Shown here piece by piece: positions 53,923-64,000 of a DNA stretch of 64,000 nucleotides. Every line of letters begins with the position of its first letter. The first letter of the stretch is position 1. The DNA is from Sulfuritalea sp. (GTDB lineage: Bacteria > Pseudomonadota > Gammaproteobacteria > Burkholderiales > Rhodocyclaceae), in contig JAUXUK010000059.1 of the NCBI GenBank assembly GCA_030680805.1, positions 13,336-77,335 of the forward strand. Direction: 5' to 3'. The position numbers and the translations under genes were made by a program. The notes under the pieces were generated by a model that saw nothing but the letters and a program-made list of their open reading frames with translations, had not been told where the DNA came from and ran no database searches.

Positions 53923-55377
53923 TTATCGGGGCGCAGCTTTCGGCGGGCGATGTTCACCCACCTTGACAAGTTTCATGGTGTTGGTGCCGCCCGCCTGGCC
54001 GATCGGTTCGCCGATGGTGAGCACGATCAGATCGCCCGGCACCACGGCGCCGGCGGCAATCAGGATCTCCTCTGCCTGCCACAGCAGTTCATCGCGATCC
54101 GTGGCAACGTACTCGGTCAGCAGCGGATAGACGTCGCGGTAGATGCTGACGCGGTAGCGGGTGCGGATGCGCGGCGTCAGCGCATAGATGGGCACGCCGC
54201 AATTGACCCGGCTCATCCACAGCGTGGTCGAGCCCGACTCGGTCAACGTCGCAATCGCCTTCACCTTGAGGTGGAACGCGGTGAACAAGGCGGCCATCGA
54301 TATCGACTGATCGATGCGGGTGAATACCTGATCGAGAAAGTGCGTATCGAGGGTAACGGTCTGCGACTGTTCCGCCGCAACACAAACCCGCACCATGGCT
54401 GCCACCGCCTCCACCGGATAGGCGCCGGACGCGGTTTCGGCGGACAGCATCACCGCGTCGGTGCCATCGAGCACGGCATTCGCCACGTCGGACACTTCGG
54501 CGCGGGTCGGCACCGGGCTGGAGATCATCGACTCCATCATCTGCGTAGCCGTGATGGCAAAGCGGTTGAACTCGCGGGCCATGCGGATCATGCGCTTTTG
54601 CAGGGCCGGCACGGCCGCGTCGCCCACCTCGACCGCCAGGTCGCCACGCGCCACCATGATGCCGTCAGTGGCATGCAGGATGTCTTCCAGATTCTCCACC
54701 GCCTCGACGCGTTCGATCTTCGCGATCACCAGCGCATCGGAACCGGCGTCGCGCAACAACTGCCGCGCCTGGCGCATGTCGGCGCCCGACTTGGGAAAGG
54801 AGACGGCCACGTAATCGACATTGAGCGCCGCCGCGGTCTTGATATCGGCTATGTCCTTGGGCGTCAGCGCCGGCGCGGAGAGTCCGCCGCCCTGCTTGTT
54901 GATGCCCTTGTTGTTGGAGAGCTCGCCATCGTGGCGGTTGCGGCAGTGAATCTCGCTGCCCTCGATGCGCTCGATGTCGAACACCGTGCGGCCGTCGTCG
55001 AGCAACAGCACGTCGCCGGCAACCACGTCCTCGATCAGTTCGGGGTAGTCGAGGCCGACCCGCCCCTCGTCACCCAGCTTGCATGCCGCATCAAGGATGA
55101 AGCCCTGTCCCGCCTTGATCGCCACCGGCCCTGCGGCAAACTTGCCGATACGGATCTTCGGCCCTTGCAGATCGGCCATTACGCCGACCGTGCGGCCGGC
55201 TTTGTGCGCGGCGTCGCGCAGGATGCCGATGCGCTTCTTGTGGTCTTCCGCCGTGCCGTGGGAAAAATTCAGGCGCACTACGTCGATGCCGGCCGCCACC
55301 AGTTCGGCGAGTTGCTCCGGGGTGCTGGACGAGGGTCCCAGGGTGGCGACGATCTTGGTCGAGCGCTTGGCGGTCAT
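53923..55377 (-). CDS. pyk: Pyruvate kinase
   Basis: RLNFSHG, DLQGPKIR, MVARGDL, TQMMESM. Confidence 0.96.
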   Translation of the reverse strand: MTAKRSTKIVATLGPSSSTPEQLAELVAAGIDVVRLNFSHGTAEDHKKRIGILRDAAHKAGRTVGVMADLQGPKIRIGKFAAGPVAIKAGQGFILDAACKLGDEGRVGLDYPELIEDVVAGDVLLLDDGRTVFDIERIEGSEIHCRNRHDGELSNNKGINKQGGGLSAPALTPKDIADIKTAAALNVDYVAVSFPKSGADMRQARQLLRDAGSDALVIAKIERVEAVENLEDILHATDGIMVARGDLAVEVGDAAVPALQKRMIRMAREFNRFAITATQMMESMISSPVPTRAEVSDVANAVLDGTDAVMLSAETASGAYPVEAVAAMVRVCVAAEQSQTVTLDTHFLDQVFTRIDQSISMAALFTAFHLKVKAIATLTESGSTTLWMSRVNCGVPIYALTPRIRTRYRVSIYRDVYPLLTEYVATDRDELLWQAEEILIAAGAVVPGDLIVLTIGEPIGQAGGTNTMKLVKVGEHRPPKAAPR

Positions 55378-55415
55378 GGCGTGGTCGGTCGCCCGGTAGG
55401 TGTGCTCACAGTCAC

Positions 55416-56606
55416 TCAGCTCTTGGCGCGCTGCTCCAGCATATCGATCGCCGGCAGGCGCTTGCCCTCGAGGAACTCGAGGAAGGCGCCACCGGCGGTG
55501 GAAATGTAGGACACCTTGTCGTAGATGTCGTACTTCTGAATGGCGGCAATGGTGTCGCCGCCGCCGGCCAGGGTGAAGGCCTTGGTGTTGGCGATGGCCA
55601 TGGCGATGGCCTTGGTGCCGGCGCCGAACTGGTCGAATTCGAACACGCCGACCGGGCCGTTCCAGACCACGGTGCCGGCCTTCATGATGATGTCGACCAG
55701 CTCCTGCGCCGACTTCGGGCCGATGTCGAAAATCATGTCGTCGTCACTTACGGCGCCGGCGTCCTTTGCCACCGCGGGCTCAGCGGCATCGAACTTCTTG
55801 CCGCAAACCACATCGACCGCGATCGGAATGGTGGCACCGCGCGCCGTCATCTTCTTCATCAGGGCCTGGGCAGTCGGTACCAGGTCGTCCTCGCACAGCG
55901 ACTTGCCAACGTTCTTGCCGGATGCCTTGAGGAAGGTGTTGGCAATGCCGCCGCCGACCACCATCTGGTCGACCTTTTCCGACAGCGCTTCGAGTACCGT
56001 CAGCTTGGTCGACACCTTGGAACCGCCGACGATGGCCACCATCGGCCGCGCCGGAGTGGCGAGCGCCTTGGTCAACGCTTCGAGTTCTGCCGCAACCAGC
56101 AAGCCGGCACAGGCCGCCGGAGCAAACTGGGCCACGCCGTAGGTCGAGGCTTCGGCGCGATGCGCGGTGCCGAAGGCATCCATGACGAACAGATCGCAGA
56201 GCGCGGCGTACTTCCTTGCCGTGGCCTCGACGTTCTTCTTCTCGCCCTTGTTGAAGCGGCAGTTTTCCAGCAGCACGACTTCACCGGCAGCAACCTCATT
56301 TACCCATGAACCGCCATCGACCCAGTCGCGGATCACTCGAACGGGCTTGCCCAACTTTGCGGCCATGACATCGGCCACCGGCTTGAGCGAGTTCTCCTCG
56401 GCGTACACGCCTTCTTCCGGGCGGCCAAGATGCGATGTCACCATCACCTTCGCCCCCGCCTTCAGGCAGAGTTCGATGGTCGGCATCGACGCCGTGATGC
56501 GGGCATCCGAGGTGACCTTGCCATCCTTGACCGGCACGTTCAGATCGGCGCGAATGAAGACGCGCTTGCCCGCCAGGTCGAAATCAGTAAGACGCTTGAA
56601 GCTCAT
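55416..56606 (-). CDS. pgk: Phosphoglycerate kinase
   Basis: [32 protein letters not shown]. Confidence 0.97.
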   Translation of the reverse strand: MSFKRLTDFDLAGKRVFIRADLNVPVKDGKVTSDARITASMPTIELCLKAGAKVMVTSHLGRPEEGVYAEENSLKPVADVMAAKLGKPVRVIRDWVDGGSWVNEVAAGEVVLLENCRFNKGEKKNVEATARKYAALCDLFVMDAFGTAHRAEASTYGVAQFAPAACAGLLVAAELEALTKALATPARPMVAIVGGSKVSTKLTVLEALSEKVDQMVVGGGIANTFLKASGKNVGKSLCEDDLVPTAQALMKKMTARGATIPIAVDVVCGKKFDAAEPAVAKDAGAVSDDDMIFDIGPKSAQELVDIIMKAGTVVWNGPVGVFEFDQFGAGTKAIAMAIANTKAFTLAGGGDTIAAIQKYDIYDKVSYISTAGGAFLEFLEGKRLPAIDMLEQRAKS

Positions 56607-56624
56607 TGCGGGTTTCCCTTCGAC

Positions 56625-59670
<3,046 letters not shown>

Positions 59671-59794
59671 GGCGGCATCGATTGGTCAGGTGACGGGATG
59701 GGTTCCGTCAGGGTAGCCCGGTATTATCGGCGAAACCGGGTGGATCGCGCTAGGTGGACTGCTAGGTGCTTGATTCGCTGAAATTCGCTGAAAC

Positions 59795-60667
59795 TTAGGC
59801 CCGCTTGCGATTCTCCATCAGGCGCAGAATCATGGGCGTGAAGATCAACTGCATTGCCAGTTCCATCTTGCCGCCGGGCACCACGATGATGTTCGGCCGC
59901 GACATGAAGGAATTGTGGATCATCGACAAGAGGTAGGGAAAGTCGATGCCCTTCGAATTGGCAAAACGGATCACGACAAAGCTCTCGTCGGCCGTCGGAA
60001 TGTCGCGGGCGATGAACGGATTCGAGGTATCCACCGTCGGCACCCGCTGGAAATTCACGTGGGTACGCGAAAACTGCGGCGTGATGTAGTTGATGTAGTC
60101 CGGCATGCGGCGCAGGATGGTATCCACCACCGCCTCGGTCGAGTAGCCGCGCTGGTTCTTGTCGCGGTGCAACTTCTGTATCCATTCGAGGTTGACGGTC
60201 GGCACCACGCCCACCAGCAGGTCGGCATGCTGCGCGACATTGACCGTGTCGGTAACAGCCGCGCCGTGCAGGCCTTCGTAGAACATCAGGTCGGTAGCGG
60301 CGGGAATCTCCTCCCAGGGCGTGAACTCTCCGGACTGCTGGCCATAGGGTGCCGCCTCTTCCGGGTTGTGCAAATACTTCCGCACCTTGCCCCTGCCGGT
60401 TTCGCCATAGGTCTTGAACAGCCCCGCCAGTTCCTCGAGCAGGTTGGCTTCCGGACCGAAGTGGCTGAAGTGGTTGTTGCCCTTCAAACGGGTTTCTTCC
60501 ATTGCCACTTTCATGGACTTGCGGTCATAGCGATGGAAGGAATCGCCCTCGACAATGGCGGCCTTGAGGCCTTCGCGGCGGAAGACCAGGTCGAAAGACT
60601 TGGTGACCGTGGACGTGCCGGCGCCGGACGATCCGGTAATGGCGACAATGGGATGCTTGACCGACAT
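59795..60667 (-). CDS. prkB: Phosphoribulokinase
   Basis: TGSSGAGT, EGDSFH, YEGLHG, FQRVPTVDTSNPF. Confidence 0.96.
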   Translation of the reverse strand: MSVKHPIVAITGSSGAGTSTVTKSFDLVFRREGLKAAIVEGDSFHRYDRKSMKVAMEETRLKGNNHFSHFGPEANLLEELAGLFKTYGETGRGKVRKYLHNPEEAAPYGQQSGEFTPWEEIPAATDLMFYEGLHGAAVTDTVNVAQHADLLVGVVPTVNLEWIQKLHRDKNQRGYSTEAVVDTILRRMPDYINYITPQFSRTHVNFQRVPTVDTSNPFIARDIPTADESFVVIRFANSKGIDFPYLLSMIHNSFMSRPNIIVVPGGKMELAMQLIFTPMILRLMENRKRA

Positions 60668-60688
60668 GGGAGTCTCCTGGTTTGAGCT

Positions 60689-61780
60689 TTACTGTGTCCT
60701 GAACAGCGAGCGCGTCGAGAACAGCGGCGAGTTGAAAGTGTCCGGCTCCTTGCCGCTGGTGTATTCCGCATGGTAGCCGGAGAGGCGTTCGACTTCGGTC
60801 CTCGAACCGAAAATCAGCGGTACGCGCTGGTGCAAATCCGTCGGAGCAAGCTCCATCACCCGCTGGCGACCGGTAGTCGACGCACCGCCTGCCTGCTCGA
60901 CAAGGAAGGAAATCGGATTGGCCTCGTACATCAGGCGCAGACGGCCCGGTTTGGCCGGGTCCTTGCTGTCCTTCGGATACATGAAAATGCCGCCGCGCGT
61001 CAGGATGCGGAAGGTCTCCGCCACCAGGGAGGCCACCCAGCGCATGTTGAAGTCCTTGCCCCGCGGTCCGGTCTTGCCGGCCAGGCACTCTTCCACATAG
61101 CGTTTCACCGGGGGCTCCCAGAAGCGTTCGTTGGACGAGTTGATGGCAAACTCGTGCGTCTCGGTCGGAATGCGCATCTGCGGATGGGTGAGGATGAAGG
61201 CGCCGATGTCGCGATCGAGCGTGAAGCCATCGACCCCGTCGCCGGTAGTCAGCACCAGCATGGTGGACGGCCCGTACAGCGCAAGGCCGGCGCAAACCTG
61301 CTGCGTGCCCGGCTGCAGGAAATCCTCGAGGCTGGCGTCCTTGCCGGGATTCGGCGAACGCAGAATCGAGAAGATGGTGCCGACAGTGAGATTGACGTCG
61401 ATGTTCGAACTGCCGTCCAGCGGATCGAAGACCAACAGGTACTTGCCGCGCCGGCAATGTTCGGGGAGGACGTACACGTCTTCCATTTCCTCCGAGGCCA
61501 TGCCGCTCAAGTTGCCCGACCACTCGTTCTCCTGCAGCATGACATCGTTGCTCATGACGTCGAGCTTCTTCTGCACCTCGCCCTGGACATTGACCTCTGC
61601 CTCGCCGCTGCCGGCATCGCCCAGCATGCCCACCAAAGCGCCCTTGTTCACCTGGTTGGAGATGATCTTGATCGCGGTGGCCAGGGAGTTGAGCAGCCCG
61701 GAGAACTCCCCCGAAGCACCCGGATGCTTGTGTTCCTGCTCGATGGTGTAGCGGGTCAGCGTGGTGCGTCTCTGGTGCAT
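60689..61780 (-). CDS. fbp: Class 1 fructose-1,6-bisphosphatase (CbbF)
   Basis: [27 protein letters not shown]. Confidence 0.96.
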   Translation of the reverse strand: MHQRRTTLTRYTIEQEHKHPGASGEFSGLLNSLATAIKIISNQVNKGALVGMLGDAGSGEAEVNVQGEVQKKLDVMSNDVMLQENEWSGNLSGMASEEMEDVYVLPEHCRRGKYLLVFDPLDGSSNIDVNLTVGTIFSILRSPNPGKDASLEDFLQPGTQQVCAGLALYGPSTMLVLTTGDGVDGFTLDRDIGAFILTHPQMRIPTETHEFAINSSNERFWEPPVKRYVEECLAGKTGPRGKDFNMRWVASLVAETFRILTRGGIFMYPKDSKDPAKPGRLRLMYEANPISFLVEQAGGASTTGRQRVMELAPTDLHQRVPLIFGSRTEVERLSGYHAEYTSGKEPDTFNSPLFSTRSLFRTQ

Positions 61781-61878
61781 GCGTCCTGCTCCTGAAAATT
61801 TGGTGCCGATTTGCGCGGTGCGCAATGCCGGCGCAGATACCCCTGCTCCGTAGCCGAACAATGTAATCGCATCGATCT

Positions 61879-61925
61879 ATAAGCACCATTCACTTTTTCT
61901 TATCCTTCAAATAAGTCTGTTGTTG
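61879..61925 (-). promoter_or_regulatory. Putative CbbR (LysR-type) operator upstream of the fbp-prk-tkt operon
   Basis: AT-rich tract with ATAAG (61879), CTTAT (61899) and ATAAG (61911) half-sites. Confidence 0.5.
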
Positions 61926-62001
61926 CGGCGTGCCGCCCCGCTAGAATCACCCGGCCAGCCGCATCAGTCCGGCCTCCCCTCTGCCCGAAAGGAGACTCAC
62001 C

Positions 62002-62451
62002 ATGACTTCGCTGCCATCCCGCCTTTGCGCCATCGCCTTTGTCGCGGGTCTTGCCCTGCCGGCATTCGCTCAATCAATGTCCCCGGTCGGCGCCTGGAAC
62101 ACCATCGACGACGAAACCAAGAAGGTCAAGTCACTGGTGCGCATCACGGAAAAAGACGGCGTGATTTCGGGGACGGTGGAAAAGATCGTCGATCCGGCCA
62201 AGCAGGACTCGAAATGCGACGAATGCGCCAGCGACGACCCGCGCAAGGGCAAGCCGGTGATCGGCATGACCATCCTGACCGACCTGAAAAAGGAAAGCGA
62301 CACCGTCTGGAGCGGCGGCAAGATTCTCGATCCGAACAACGGCAAGGTCTACAACGCCAAAGTGACCGTGATCGACGGCGGCAAGAAGCTCGAAATGCGC
62401 GGTTCCATCCTGTTCTTCGGCCGCACCCAGACCTGGCTGCGCGCGGAGTAG
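62002..62451 (+). CDS. DUF2147-family exported protein
   Basis: G.W.TIDD, C..C, GG.ILDP.NGK.Y, GR.QTW.R. Confidence 0.88.
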   Translation: MTSLPSRLCAIAFVAGLALPAFAQSMSPVGAWNTIDDETKKVKSLVRITEKDGVISGTVEKIVDPAKQDSKCDECASDDPRKGKPVIGMTILTDLKKESDTVWSGGKILDPNNGKVYNAKVTVIDGGKKLEMRGSILFFGRTQTWLRAE

Positions 62452-62464
62452 TTGCAGCGCTTCG

Positions 62465-64000
62465 CTAGCGGGTCAGTTCCATGTAAAGGCTGGGCAGCGT
62501 CTCCGGCAGACGCTCGATGCGGTCGAGCACGCGCCAGCGCTTGCCGAAGATGTCGCGCACGTATTCGTCGGCCTTCGGATCGAGACTGAGACAGAAGGTG
62601 GTCACGCCCTTGGCGTCAAGTTCCTCGACCGCCTTGCGCGCGTCGCTGCGCAGGTGGCCGGGCTCGGTAACGTCGATATCGGCCGGCTCGCCATCGGTCA
62701 GCAGCAGCAGGATCTTCTTGTCGGCGCGGCGATGCTCCAGGTAATGGCCGGCGTGGCGCAGTGCTGCCCCCATTCGTGTCGACCACCCGGCCTGCATGGC
62801 GGCCAGGCGGGCTTTGACCGTGTCGTCCCAGCGCTCGGAAAAGCCCTTGATGTGCTGGTAGCGAACCTCGTGGCGGGTATTGGAATGGAATCCGGCAATG
62901 GCATACGAATCGCCGAGATGGTCGATGGCCCAGGCCAGCAAGGACACGGCTTCCTGGCTGAGCTCGAGGATCGTCTGCCCCGCCGTTCCGCCAGCGCCGA
63001 CTTTCTGGTTGAGCGACTCCGACAAGTCGAGCAGCAGCAGGACGTCGATATTGCGGCCGTCGGTGCGGTGGCTCATGTTGATGCGCGGGTCCGGCGTGGC
63101 GCCGCTCTTGTAGTCGATCAGCGAGCTGATGGCGATGTCGAGGTCGAGGTCGCTGCCCTCCTCCTGGTAGCGGATGCGCACCTTGTCCTGCGGCTTCAGC
63201 ATATCCAGCAGGCGCTTGAGCTGCTTGGCCAGCGCGGCGTGTTTTTCCAGCAGGCGGTCGATGTCCGCCGCATTTCCGGAAGGATGTAGCGCCTCGTAGA
63301 CGCTGACCCAGTCCGGGCGATAGGTCTGGCTGTCGGCGTCCCATTCCGGGTAACGACGCGGCGGCAGCGACTGAACCTCGGCCGGCTTCTTGTTCTGCTT
63401 GTCCGGGTCGTCGAAGAACTCCTCGTCGTCGCTGTCCTCGATGTACTGCCACAGGTGGCGGTTGTCGTCGCGGTAATCGATGACGGTGTTGTCGAAATGG
63501 ACCCGTGCCAACTGGTCGCTCTGGCGCCGCGTGCGGGCAACGTAGGAGAGCGCCAGATCCGCCATCTCGCGTGTGCCGGAGGTGCCCTCGCCAAGGGTTT
63601 CGTGGAAGCGCGCGACGAATTCGAGCAGATGCGGATTGGTGTAAGGGTGCTGCGGATCGAGCAGGGCATAGGACAGCATGGCGAGGCGGTGGCGCAGGCA
63701 GGAGGTGGTATCCGGATCGCACTCGGTCTCGTCGGGAACGGGATGCAGCGCGAGGAAGATGCGCCGCAAGCCGGGGTACTCGCGGATCAGCAGGGTCTCG
63801 ATGCGGCAGTCCTCGAAGAACTCCACCGCCATGCGCTGGAAGGGGCTGTAGTTGTCGGCGATGATCTGGCTGCTCCAGCGGCGGTGGCCGACCATGTGGG
63901 CCAGCACCGCGCGGTAGCGGTCGAGGCCGCCGACTGATCCGCCACGACCCGGCACATCGTCAAACACATCCGGCACGCGCATGCCGAGCTTGTCGTAGTA
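62465..64000 (-). CDS. cbbO: VWA-domain RubisCO activation adaptor CbbO (NorD/CbbO family), 5' end beyond window
   Basis: EDCRIE, YPEWD, MIDAS DLSES, TR.G.ALRHA, TDGEP.D.D; adjacent to Calvin-cycle genes. Confidence 0.85.
   Translation of the reverse strand, partial: YYDKLGMRVPDVFDDVPGRGGSVGGLDRYRAVLAHMVGHRRWSSQIIADNYSPFQRMAVEFFEDCRIETLLIREYPGLRRIFLALHPVPDETECDPDTTSCLRHRLAMLSYALLDPQHPYTNPHLLEFVARFHETLGEGTSGTREMADLALSYVARTRRQSDQLARVHFDNTVIDYRDDNRHLWQYIEDSDDEEFFDDPDKQNKKPAEVQSLPPRRYPEWDADSQTYRPDWVSVYEALHPSGNAADIDRLLEKHAALAKQLKRLLDMLKPQDKVRIRYQEEGSDLDLDIAISSLIDYKSGATPDPRINMSHRTDGRNIDVLLLLDLSESLNQKVGAGGTAGQTILELSQEAVSLLAWAIDHLGDSYAIAGFHSNTRHEVRYQHIKGFSERWDDTVKARLAAMQAGWSTRMGAALRHAGHYLEHRRADKKILLLLTDGEPADIDVTEPGHLRSDARKAVEELDAKGVTTFCLSLDPKADEYVRDIFGKRWRVLDRIERLPETLPSLYMELTR

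Overview
64 kb of a GC-rich betaproteobacterial chromosome. Gene content and order suggest Rhodocyclales/Sterolibacteriaceae (inference). Most of the window is housekeeping: tsaE/queG, HU, mnmA, ilvE, waaF, pmm/pgm, alaS, purK-purD-purH-fis-dusB, ubiH-pepP-murU-amgK, lptD-surA-pdxA-rsmA, xth, prlC, purC. A Calvin-cycle block (cbbO, fbp, prk, tkt, gap, pgk, pyk, fba) lies at the right end. The main accessory feature is a ~7.9 kb integrative, phage-satellite-like element (17500-25408) inserted at the 3' end of tRNA-Ala(CGC). It carries a P4-type integrase, a c4-like structured RNA, AlpA, an HTH protein, a wHTH initiator containing four palindromic iterons, and a possible packaging gene pair. It also has a structured 0.8 kb non-coding tract (attC-like hairpin, internal integrase arm-type repeats, an inverted repeat matching host purK at 27/28 nt) and a coupled operon of exported proteins around a thermonuclease. 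The host backbone holds several families of short palindromic repeats, some apparently translated in frame inside conserved enzymes (ubiH, rsmA, pdxA, a Crp/Fnr regulator). No CRISPR array or rRNA was seen. All calls come from reading the sequence; no database searches were run.
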